Part shown: positions 40,852-53,393 of the stretch, piece by piece | Numbering within the stretch: position 1 is the first letter of the stretch | How the letters are laid out: every line of letters begins with the position of its first letter | Assembly (NCBI RefSeq): GCF_964204645.1 | Contig: NC_134026.1 | Coordinates: forward strand, 17,518,150-17,582,149 | Source: Tubulanus polymorphus | Lineage: Eukaryota > Animalia > Nemertea | Direction: 5' to 3' | DNA: 64,000 bases | Notes under the pieces: generated by a model | Databases searched by the model: none | Told to the model about the DNA's origin: nothing | The model's input: only the letters and a program-made list of their open reading frames with translations | Program-made: the position numbers and the translations under genes

Positions 40852-43800
40852 GGTGTACGTTCAAAATCCCATAGATAAAAATCCCACAAGTCAAAATCCC
40901 ATAGTCAACATCCCATTGTTCATAATCCCACATATTATGATCAAAATCCCATATATTTTTATTATATACTATGGGGTATCTTATTTTTTACTATACAGTG
41001 CCGAATACTGTAGAAATATGTATATGTTAATAGAATATAACCTATATGCTGTATATAGGGCCTAATATAGGCTAATGAATGAATACAGATTGGTCTTTGA
41101 TCTAGAGGATTAGACTAATTATGATATGCTTTGATCAAAGGTGATTAAGTTGAGATTAATCAGTGTTTAGTTAACCATAGCTATAGACAGGAAAAACCAT
41201 AAGGAAAGGAAAACTAAAAGAAATGATAAGATAAGAATTACGTATACTCAATTTTCTACTATAAACTTCTAATAATATTCTATTATTCACAGTTTCATTC
41301 AGTACAATTCTGTCTCACATACATTAATCATTCTAAACACTTATTCTAAATCATTCTATATACAAACTTGGAAAAAACGATATATTATCACAAATCAGCA
41401 CATTTTCTTTTCAGTATAGCATCTATTATAAACTAATTTCAGACAGACAGGACGGATCTCGAGATTTAACTGGAAGATCTCACGAATTAACACAAGAGGC
41501 GCATATTGTGTGAAATGCCTCTCAAAAACTGTGGAACACGTTTTTGTCCATTATCAAAGTCCTGACATTGCCCAACGTTGTCAAGAGCAATCAATGCAGA
41601 CACAGAAGCATTGTCCATTTGAAATGCATTTATGGTTCTCCAAATTGAGGGATGACGATGTCCCACCATGTTAAAATATTTACAATTCCAAGATTCACAG
41701 ATATTATTGGTCCTTGCACTTCCGGTTAATGTAGCATGATTCACATTCCACAACTCTAACGAATACAACGGATTTATCCTCTTCAAGCGCATTATTCCAT
41801 TAGGCGCACGAACACTTTTATATCCACCATTGACATATGTAGCATCAAAATAACCTAGTAATTCCAATGCATCATCTGGCGCAACACTACAGATATATGT
41901 AAGTCCTTCTTTAACATATGCCACAGGAAGGAATGCTAAACCGAAAATCATTCCAACAAACAGACGGAACTCCTCATCCTCTCGATACTGCTTTGCGAGT
42001 CCTAGTTGCTGCACCTTTCTCCAAACCGACTGAGTCAAATGGAAGAAACACCCTTTCATCTGAACCTGATTATCGAACAATACTCCCACTGCGTTGTGTA
42101 TTGCTTTCTCAAAATCAGCCATGATGACTTCTGGCTCCGGGAAGATGCTTCTTTGTTCACACTCGTCTAAGAGAATCTGCAAATACAAAAAATAAAATAC
42201 TAAGTTAAATCATGAAACTAAATATATGAAGTTCTATTTAATATGAGATGGGCATCTTGTCACTGTCTTTATGGTCTATCACTGACATTACCACCGTCCA
42301 TATACCAATTCAATATTGCAAATCATATTCTACACCAGCTGTAAATAAACTTGAAAAAAGAATATATAACTAACCTGTAACATTTCCTCGTATGTAGCTT
42401 GGTCTTTCTTTTCTAATAAACAATAGGCGACCGTAACTGCTGTTTCCCCAATCGGGACCCGTATCACGTAAACTTGCTCGAACATTGATGGTGCCATGGC
42501 GAAGTTCCCATCCATAAACCATTCTCGAGCATTCCCAAGTCTTTCTATACCATCATCTGCGGCGAATACTACAACCCTCCGTCCAGTATGTCCATTGTCT
42601 TTCAGGAGAAACCGATTTCCACTGCCTTCTGATGTCTCCATCCATTTACCATCTATCACCAATTCATTCAAATCTTTTGGTTCTTTTGGTAAGTTTCTCC
42701 GTTTCTCGCGTCTTATCATCTGCTTACAGACTGCCGAACTTGGTATCTGGGCGAGAACATCTTCTTCATGTATAGACGCTATAACATCAGAGTATATTTG
42801 TACTGGATTTGCTGCTACCGAATCTGCCGCCTTTCTTTTCATCTCCAGTCTGGTCTTAGTGACAGTTATTGCTTTGTCATCTGTGGGATGGTCGTGTGGC
42901 ACAGTTTCTCTCGGATTTTGCATCTCTGTGTCTGTTACTAATGTTCCCTTGCAGCAACCTGATCGATTCTTAACACAATTCCATCTTATCTGCTTCGGTG
43001 TCGAATATTTCTTGACGTACATGTAACCATTGAGACATATCTTGAATCCACCTTTAGAAGTTTTAACTATTTCTGATGCCATCTTAACGTATTGATAGCT
43101 GTTAAGAGACTGATATAATTTGCTAAGTTTTGGCCCCTTTTTATAGCAGTATAGCCATGAGTGATAAGTGTTCAAGTAATTAAAAAATCATAATTGCATC
43201 ATGCTAATTAATCAATAACTTAATTATTGACACTGAACTGAAATCTGTTCTTTAATTAATTAACTGACCTAAGTTTGCATTCAGATGTATAGATCAGTAT
43301 ACATAATGTTTATATGATGCTTTAAAAACTAAATATCATGGATTTGCAATTTGAAGTTACCATTGCTTGTAAAACAAACCCCAACATGTGTGCACCCTAT
43401 TCATGTGGAACAAATTTCGGATAAATTGTGGGATTCATATAATAATTAAGGAGATATAATGTGCCTTTCAAGAAAAAAAACGACCAACTTTTTCACTATA
43501 TATAAAATGTGTCCTTTTTCAGAGGCGCCCTTTTCGAGAAATTAAGGACATGATTATCAGATTTTGTGTTAGATGTGCCCCTGAATAGCAATCTTGTCAT
43601 ACAAAATTGAGTGTTTAACATGCATTTTAACATGAGGTGACATTCAGTCAGTAATACTAACAACTTAACAATTAGTCATCCTTTAATCTAATAATTTGTT
43701 TTGTTTGAAATTGGTCAAAGCAGTAACAGCCACTCAATTAATTATTATTAATTATCACTAACTAATTAATTATTACACATGAAAGTCATGTTTGAAGTTG

Positions 43801-44269
43801 TCATGTTCAGCATGTGAACTGAAGTCAATATCAATAGTGTAATTTCCTTTTGTGAAATTATATAATACATAAATTAACAACTATCCTTTAATCTAATACA
43901 TAAATCATGATCCTTTGATCTAATATCCTTTTGTTTCAAATAGATCAGAGCAGTAAATGATACAATAGATTTAAAAACGGCCAATCAAAGGACAGCATCT
44001 GAACTGAAGTCAATTCCCCCTAATCCCTTACCCTTGGTTTTCTGAACAATACCTACCTAACTTAACTTAAATTTCAGCTGTTAGTGCTTCAACATATGTT
44101 TGTGTCTAAGATATCATATCATACATATGATGATAAGATGGGAAATACAATTTGGTAATACTAATGTATGGGATTTTGATCTTTATCTGTGGGATTTTGA
44201 ATTATGGGATTTTGATTATGGGTTTTTGACATGTGGGATTTTGTAACTGTGGGATTATGACAGGGATTC
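40852..44269 (-). mobile_element. Mutator (MULE) element with repeat-type TIRs, coding-competent
   Basis: AAAATCCCA repeats at 40860-40950 and TGGGATTTT repeats at 44168-44269 enclose a MULE transposase. Removing it rejoins GGTGAACTGAAA (40840) to AAAAAGATGGCC (44270), the end of another element. No clean TSD seen. Confidence 0.8.
41487..43082 (-). CDS. FLYWCH-MULE transposase, 2 exons, ~465 aa
   Basis: Exons 42375-43082 and 41487-42176 joined by a phase-0 GT-AG intron. FLYWCH (GYMY...WNC...CKG...HDH), MDGNF, ADFEKA, GCFFH and TNNICESWN motifs; no stops. Confidence 0.92.
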
Positions 44270-44466
44270 AAAAAGATGGCCAAGGAAAAAATGGCCACGG
44301 AAAAAAGGCCAAGTAAGAGTAGATAGAAAACTATCATTTCCTTATCTAACACGAATCAAATGCATTGGTGTCTTGACTTATCACTTTTTGACATTATTAG
44401 AGTAAGACCTATTCCTGGATTAGTTTAGGTTAATTTACGATAATCGTTGCTCAATTTGATTTTATC

Positions 44467-44978
44467 GGTTAGCGGTAAAAATCCCTTAGGTTAAAGTCCC
44501 CTTGGTAAAAATCTCCAATTCTTCAAAGTAGGTAAAAATTCCCCCTCCTTCATAACGTAGTGTTAGTAGATACAATCTTAGCTACAAGCTGGAATCTAAA
44601 ATATCTAGAATTAAAAAAGTTCATTATTGCTTATAATTCATGGCATTGCACCGCTCTAATATACCCCAAGTCAACAAGAGTTCACAGTTTCAAAAAATTC
44701 TAGTTCGAATTTTAAGATATTACAAATGAAAAGTTCATTATTCTTATTAATTTTAACAACTTATTTTATTCTAAGAGAATTCTTAAAGAATTTATCGCAA
44801 CGAAATATTCTATTGCGCAGTTCAATCACATTTCAGTCTCATTGCAAGTGAACAAAATTGGAGAAACATTTTGCTTTGAGATGTTCTTAAGAATCACCAA
44901 TTGGGATTTTTACCTACTTTGAATATTTGGGGATTATTACCTGGGGGATTTTTACCCAGGGGATTTTTACCTAAAACC
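44467..44978. mobile_element. Non-autonomous MULE (GGTAAAAATCCC repeats) with perfect 9-bp TSD
   Basis: GGTTAGCGGTAAAAATCCC...GGATTTTTACCTAAAACC flanked by GATTTTATC on both sides. Confidence 0.88.
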
Positions 44979-45546
44979 GATTTTATCAGACACTACACCA
45001 GTTTGCTATATAAATGACCACACAATTTCAATGCATTTACCTTAATTTAAAACGTCTGTGCCCTAAAAGCTTACTTTGATGTTTTGAAATATTAATTTAG
45101 TTAATTTGTTAAGTTTAAGTTTATCACTATTAAGTTTAACCATTGACCACCTGCATGATAGTTCTTAATATATTCAATATATGTAAAGAAATCGAATGTA
45201 AGTTCTTCAAATTTCTGAACTCATTATACCGTACCGAATGGCCAAGGAAAAAATGGCCACGGAAAAAAGGCCAAGGAAGATTAAATAGAAAACTAACCAT
45301 CATTTCATTGACTAACAAGGAAACAAATGCATTGATGTTTTGACATGTCACTTTTTGAGATTACTAGACCTATTCCTGGATTAGTTTAGATGAATTTATG
45401 ATGATCATATCTAACTTTGGTGTTATCAGACACTGCACCAGTTTGCTATATAAATTACCACACAATTTCAATGCATTTACCTTTGATGATTTAAGACAGT
45501 CAGTGCCCTAAAAGCTTACTTTGATGTTTTGAAATTTTATTTTAAT

Positions 45547-48500
45547 AAACGCAGTCTCAAATGTTTTGTGACTTTCTCAAAATGTATCAAAAATTTAAGT
45601 AATTTTTAGTTCTTAAGTCTTCAAATATTCAAAAATGAACAGTTAAAAATTGTTGAAACATGTCGACTCAGCCGTAAAATCAACCCATTCACAGTCCCGA
45701 ATGTGGGATAATGTCGGGCTTTAGAGAACATAATGCCCCCGAGGTTTTCACATTTACAGATAAGATTATGTAAGCGTGTCGCGCGTTACACCGGATAGGC
45801 ACACAATAGAAATATGAGCCGCACGTTCATTGATCATCACCAATTAAGAGGACCGCTATTGTGAAAATTGACTGTGGGAGGAATATTCCTCCCAAAGTCA
45901 ATCGATGGAAACTTGACCAAGGGGTCTGATATTCAAACAATTGACTTTGGGAGGAATATTCCTCCCAAGGTCAAACGAAGAGAATTTGACCTTCAGTTCT
46001 GATATTCAAAGTATCGACTTCGGGAGGAATATTCCTCCGACTGTCAAACGAAGGAAAATGGACCTAGGTCTGATATTCGAAATATTGACTTTGGGATAAA
46101 TATTCGTCCAAACCTCTAACGCTAAAAACCTGAGCTTTTAGAATGATAGGTCTACATAAATGATATTGATGTAATTGTTTTTAATAAATAGTATACTGTA
46201 GCGACGAAACCAGACACATTTAGGCAATTTGATAGTTAATATACACTGTATTTGAGGGTCTGCGACAAATAATTTTAGAAAGTTAAATAGCTGTAGTACA
46301 GGTTCTAATAATGAGCCTAATATAGTCTTCACATCGCAATCAGTTATTAGAATGCATCTTCCTTTTTCTTGTTTTGATCTGAGACGACTAGTTACATTTT
46401 TTTCTTGATTGATTCACGCTGGGAGGTCTACATCAAATTATATTGTTGATCAAATCAATTATGTTTCAACTGCCAATTCACATTTGATATTGGTATTAAT
46501 AATCAATATTACTCATCATTATATAGCGCACTGCTGCAAAATGTAACCAGTGTGCTTTTCATGGGTATAAAATTAAAACAAGTTGAAGAAATCGAATTTG
46601 AAATACGTGGATAATAAAAAATAAGTTGAAGGTAGGGCGGAGAGATCTGACGAAAAGAAACAACAAACGATATGGGCGCCAAATTGACCCATGCCTAATT
46701 GCCCGACCAAATAGTCCGACCAGACCTGAGTCAAATTAAGCCGAGTCAAATTAGAGCGTGTTATTTTAAACTGGTTCTGGAAGTCAGTCACTTCGCTTTG
46801 CCTAAGTATGGACTCGTTTTAGAGTCTCTTCAAGCATTGTTTAGTATCGAATGAATGGGTTTGCATTTGAATGTGAAATAAATTTGAACATGAAAATCAG
46901 CGCGCTCTTTGGAAAGCCATGAAAACAAATAAAGTCGGACCCTGATTCGAGCCAATTTGTTTGCAAATTAGCCATTGTCCTAGATTTAACTTCTGATTCG
47001 TACCCTGTATAGGCCGGATTATATTTCTGTTTGCACTCTTTCATAGAAATTCGACAGATATCAAATGGCATCTTTGATTACAGACACTGTTGACCGGTAC
47101 ACACCAATATGTCCATCCATCCGACATACGAGCAATTAGCATGATGAAAAGCCTTTTATAGTTTAGAGTTGGATTTCTCGATGTATAAATGCAAGGAGGG
47201 TCAGAAGCTTTATGCTCAATAACATTAGGTTCCTATAAATGTTTGCTATGGATTTCAAAATAAAAGAAAAATCTACGTTTAAATGAGATATCTGTTTCAT
47301 TACTCGTGATATATCGGGGAATCTCTGCAATAAAATTTAACGATTTCAAAATTATTACAAAATGAGCAAACTTTGTGATATCTGCTAACAGTATAAATTC
47401 AAGCGTATACGCGGATTTGCGTGATATGTAATAAATATCGTAGCGAATAATCAATGAGAAAAGTATTTACCGTAGCTAGAGATGATAATGAGTCCCATAT
47501 CCAGAATATCTGAACCAAAATATCTCCCTCAAAAAACCTTCAACCATTCAAAAAAACATAGGAATAAGGTTGTAGGTAAAAATCTCCCTGGTAAAAATCC
47601 CCTAGGTAAATATCCCCTGTGTAAAAACCCAAAATATTCAAAGTAGGTAAAAATCCCCACTCGGTGATTTTCAAAGACATTTCAAAGCAAAATGTTTCTC
47701 CAATTTTATTAATTTGCTATGAGACTGAAATATGTTAGAACTGTGCAATGAAATCTTTCGTTGCGATAAATTCTTAAGTAAAACTCTTAGCATAAAATAA
47801 ATTGTTAGAATTGATAAGAATAATAAATTAAATTTTTATTTGTAATATCTAAAGATTCGAACTGGAGTATTTTTGAACTGCGGACTCTTGTTAACTATTG
47901 TATATTTCAGCTGTGCGATGCCAAAAATTATTAGAAATAATGTTCTTTTGATTTGAAATATTTTAGATTCAAGCTAGTGTAATATATTTGAAATGTGCGA
48001 TGAACCTTTCATTAAGCTGTGCGATCACTTTATTTACCAATTTAGTAATAATGAACAATGTTAATTTTGTAGTATGTTTTAATTCAAATAGTATATACTA
48101 TAGTTTGTATACTCATGATATCATTATGGTGTTTCACAGTAAAATATGAATAAATTGGATATATGTATCAATAATATGAATTAATTGACCTTAAGATTGT
48201 ATCTACAATCCATTCAAAAGGAGGGGGATTTCTGCCTACACTAAAGAATCGGGGATTTTTACCGAGAGGATTTTAACCTAGGGGATTGTTACCTAGGGTA
48301 TTTTTTACAATGATGATTTTTGCCGCTAACCATAGATGTAGTTTGTAATTTCGAATAATGGTCTTGGCAATGCACTAATTATGAACAATTTACATTTTGT
48401 TGAATTAACTACTTGTAATCAATTCACTATAGAACTATGGTGGATCCTAACAATGAGTCTGGCCTGCTATTCTAAACTCTTTCCGAAAATTATATTGCTA

Positions 48501-51500
48501 AGATATTCCTAGTCTTCATCATTTAGCATGAACTCTAGATGTTGGGCCTGGATATATTTCGGATTCATTAAATGGTATCATGGGCGTGGAATGTTTGGGC
48601 GGAGGTATTATGCTCGAGTTTCACGCGTAAAACAAAAAAAAATATATCCATACATAGGTCATTGCATTATAGAAATTAAACTGTTGACAAGTTGTAATAA
48701 ATCTCTATAGATGAAACAATTTTAAAGAAAATGCATTATGTTTGTAGTTTCTATTCAACTACTATTGACTGTGCGCCTCGGGCTCAATCAACTCATCATC
48801 TCCATGATTTCTATCACACATCACCAGCTGCCATTGAAATATTTGATTAGGCAGTCCTATCAAAAGTAACGTAAATTGATACATGCGAATAATTGATGTT
48901 TCCAACGGGTTTTTGTTACTGGCTCGTTTACATGGGAATGGTCGAAATTTCCCGTTAAGAATCCCCCGAGAAATCCCATTGAAGAGGTTATGATTTGCTG
49001 CTGTTGGCCTGTTTTTTCGTTTGTATTGCAAAATTTAGTCCAAACTAACTGGAATCGTTTTAAATTGATTTCTGTGAAAATTTTCAATTTTTCCCCACAT
49101 GTCAACAAGTGCCTTTCAAATCAGGATAGATTCCGATTGCGAAATAATGATTGTAGCAATAGTATTATTTATCTATGGTTTGATACGTCAAGATTTCAGT
49201 AAAAAGGGCAACTTTATCGTTTATTTTAGCGAAGCTTGGTATACAAGCAGGCTGACAATAACAAGCCACTGAATTTTATGGGGTTAGTCCTTGTATAGCT
49301 CTTTATCTATAGAAAGTCAGTGATTAAGTCCTAAGTAAATATTGCTCAATTAAAGAGAATTCATTATGATGAGCAATGTACTAGCGATGACAGGTCTATG
49401 AGGCACCCGTAAATCAAAAATATATTTCGCTGTGCGATGCGAAAATTATTGAAAATAATAAAACTTTTAATTTGAAATCGCTTAAAACAAAGCTAGTGTA
49501 ATATATTTGAACTTCCTAGCGATATATTTGTCCTGTGCGATAACTTTTAGTATTAATTTAGTATTAATGAAGTATATCAATCTTTGGGTGAACAAAAAAA
49601 TGGCCTAGGGAAAAATTGGGAAAAATTGCCGCTAAATGAATATTAGAATTTGCTCCTTTTGTAATAACTTTGAATTGTCCAATTCAACTGGACATTGGTG
49701 TATGCTGAATATCACGAACAACGTAACATTTATCCTTAAAAACGTTGATTTTCTTTTTCATCTTTCTTTATTTTAATAATAATCAATCGATTTTTAAGTC
49801 GAATTAATGACCAGGATAGCGACTTAATGTGTATGTGCTTTTAAGTCAACTAGTTTCCGAACCCATGGTATGTCAATCAAGACAGATCTTCGTCTAGAAA
49901 AAGTAAGATGCATTCTATCATGGACTCTAAAACGATTGATTCTTTTTAGAGTCCATGATTCTATCCACTAATTTCAATGTAAGGACTATATAAGGCTACA
50001 TGAGTCAATACGAAAGCATGTATACCGCAGGTGACTTAATCTTAAGCTTGATTGTGAGAGTTGTTTAAACACAATGGTCACATGAGTAATTATTGGTTGT
50101 GCGACAATGGGAGAAATCTGCCTTAGACATCTCATCCCGATATCCGGAGTCCTGGGCTTAGTAACTTATGTTTAGAATAAATTTTATCCGATATTTTTAT
50201 AACAATGTTTTTCTCTCTCTCTCTCTCCATAAATTCCGGACGTTTTCTGGGTGCTAACGTTCAGTGGCCAGTAGGCTGGATTGTATTTTCTGTTATTTCA
50301 TAAATCACAATGCATATAAACTGAGTTCAGTTAGCAGTATAAACCTCGTAATTAACTTTCGGAATTATATATAAAAGAGTGAAGAGTGAAACATCAACCC
50401 TTATACCGAATACACTTGTATAAATGAGAAAATGCACACTAGGACAATGGCTAATTTGCGACCTTAAAATGAAAGAAAGACTCGAATTTCTTTTATCACA
50501 CGCGACACGCGAATCTCCTAATTACTCTAATAATGAGAGAAAACTTCAGACGAATTAAATGTATCAGCTGTATAATTGAATGATGATTATGTACGCGTAA
50601 CTTCAATGATTTGTATCGATCGGTAAATGAAATTTCCATTTAAAGAATGCATTTATCAAATTACGTCCATTGAAAATGAAATTAGCTAAACTCGAGCCAT
50701 ATTACTATTTAGATTTATCGCAGTTGTCTTGTGAAAATTTATAACCAATCTTTATATAGTCCCCTGTAAAATCTAAACTCAATTTCTATATCATACACGT
50801 GATGATTTCTCAACTTCGTGTTTATTCTATAATGAGAAGCGCACTGATTAAATCTGATTTCAACAGATTGTCGAAAAAGTTACAGCAATTTACTGTTAGA
50901 GAAAGAAAATACTAAATCTATTAAGTTTTCTAAAATTATATGTAAGTGTCATACCATCTCATGCTCTAGGATATTGTGTATCGTAACATTTGAAATTCCT
51001 AAATCTACCTGGCTTCATTGGGTACTGTTTTTAAAAAAGAAAAACAAATAACACCCAACGCACCAATACCTATAATTCAAAAAGTTCAGGTTATAACGTT
51101 TATAATATTCCTCCCTAAGTCAATACTTTGAATATAAGACCAGAAGGTAAAATTCTCTTCGTTGGACTTTTGGAGGATCGTTTGAATATCGGACCCCTTG
51201 GTCGAGTTTCCATCGATTGACATTGGGAGGAATGTTCCTCCCGAAGTCGATACTTTGAATATCAGAACTGAAGGTCAAATTCTCTTCGTTTGACCTTGGG
51301 AGGAATATTCCTCCCAAAGTCAATTGTTTGAATATCAGACTCCTTGGTCAAGTTTCCATCGATTGATTTTGGGAGGAATATTCCTCCCGCAGTCAATTTT
51401 CACAATAGCGGTCCTCTTAATTGGTGATGATCAAATGAACGTGCGGCTCATAATTCTATTGTGTGCCTATCCGGTGTAACGCGCGACACGCTTACATAAT

Positions 51501-51710
51501 CTTATCTGTAAATGTGAAGACCTCGGGGGCATTATGTTCTCTAAAGCCCGACATTATCCCACATTCGGGACTGTGAATGGGTTGATTTTACGGCTGAGTC
51601 GACATGTTTCAACAATTTTTAACAGTTGAATATTTGAAGACTTATGAACTAAAAATTACTTAAATTTTTGATACATTTTGAGAAAGTCACAAAACATTTG
51701 AGACTGCGTT
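45547..51710. mobile_element. 6.2-kb element with ~560-bp TIRs, no recognisable transposase
   Basis: AACGCAGTCTCAAATG... (45547 to ~46110) is inverted at ~51110-51710; AATA is duplicated. Removing it restores the host MULE-like sequence seen intact at ~45080-45135. Confidence 0.85.
47568..48331. mobile_element. Non-autonomous MULE, same family as 44467-44978 (opposite orientation)
   Basis: GGTTGTAGGTAAAAATC...GATTTTTGCCGCTAACC; internal similarity to 40296-40830 and 44467-44978. Confidence 0.75.
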
Positions 51711-53393
51711 AATAGTTAATTTATTAAGTTGAAGTTTATCACTATTAAGTTTATCCGTTGCCCACTTGCATGATAGTTCTTTCATGATAGTTCTTGATAT
51801 TCATTATATTTAATGAAATGAAATGTAAGTTCATAACATTTCTAAACTCATTATACCGATTTAAATTGTTTTAACCCCATGAAAAAATAAATGATGTCAT
51901 TACATTGAAAGTTTTATTAACATTGTCAGTAGTTCTCATAAATTTTCCGTGGCCATTTTTTCCTACGCAAATGCCTTGGCCATTTTTTCCATGGCCATTT
52001 TTCCTACATTCACCGATTTTAATGGTTTTAATCCCCGTATAAAGTAAATGATGTCATTGAATTGAAAGCTAAATGTATTATTAACATTTTCTGTTTTATT
52101 AACATTGTCAGTAATTCTCATAAATCATAATTTCGATAGGCATCTATATGTGGTCTTATATACTTTACAATTACTTAAAAACTAATAAAGATAATTGAAA
52201 ACGGTAAAACGTATATAATACCACATATAGATGTCTATTGAAATTCAAAGTGTAGAATAAAATTTGTAAGAATTATGAACTTTTGAATGAGGTGAGCAAA
52301 AATTCAAGTTGAATTATCGGGAAGACGATATCAATGTTTATAACTTCACCAGCGCGCATTGTTGGATTAACTTTATAACTGAGTAAATATCACAAAAAAG
52401 TTAGTATCAGCTGAGTTCATCGATATTTTTACTTTTTAAATCAACATTGCGGACCCGGCGGGTACCCAAAAATGGCGCCTCGAAACTGTAAAAAGGCTTA
52501 TTATAAGAATATATACGAACTTTTAAATCGTAATTTTTTGGGTTCGAACAGGAATGTTTTTTAGCTGTAAACTCTTTTAATCACTTTGAAAAATTGGGGA
52601 ATAAAACCGCCAACCGTATATACCTGAACATGAACATGAACTTTTATCTTGTTGCTGCATATAATTAAAAACATAGGAAATCATAGTGAGTGCAAATTCG
52701 ATATGCTGGCAGTTTGAAGAGAAAAAACTTAAGCAAAAAGTAAGTTCGTTACAGTTCGAAATCATAGTGTTCAGCGCGTCTTATCGACTTCAATTGTTTG
52801 TTACTTCTTACTCGGGGTTGCTATTTCTGTCTAGCTATGATTGCGAAAATAGAAATGATACACTATCTATTGGGATAATAGAGCAATAAACGGTAGAATA
52901 TTCAATTTCAATTTCAATTCATTTCACAGAAAAGCGTAACATTAATACAATTTACACAATTCAAAAAAGTGAGAAAATATATAAATTTACAAATATAAAA
53001 CGATTTTGTATCAAAATTTATGACAGCGTGCTCCTGGTCTGTGTTAAGTCATCATTCATATTTTCATAACAACATAAAAAGTTCTTTATTCAATGCCTTT
53101 AACAAATTAAATTATCTACCAGTGTGTGACACTATTAGCAAATTAACGTTTTGAGTTGCTTCGTCAAATTGTCGTCTGAACCATGTACAACTAAGTGATC
53201 TAAATGACTAAATGTGATGTAACGATCTACTTCTTTACCCAAACCAGATAAACTAATTTCAAAAAATGAAAACATCATAAACCACATGGAATAGTAATAT
53301 CGTATATGAATATCACATGATTTACTCATATCTTTCAGGAATTTCATCGGTTCAAGAAACACTACTATCTTCTTTGCTGTGTTTGTTGTTATT

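Noticed and set aside
42496-43026. 176-aa + strand ORF
   Set aside because: Antisense shadow of the MULE transposase.
45870-46110. CRISPR-like array of palindromic repeats with spacers
   Set aside because: Eukaryotic context, spacers resemble each other, the block is mirrored as part of a TIR, and there are no cas genes.
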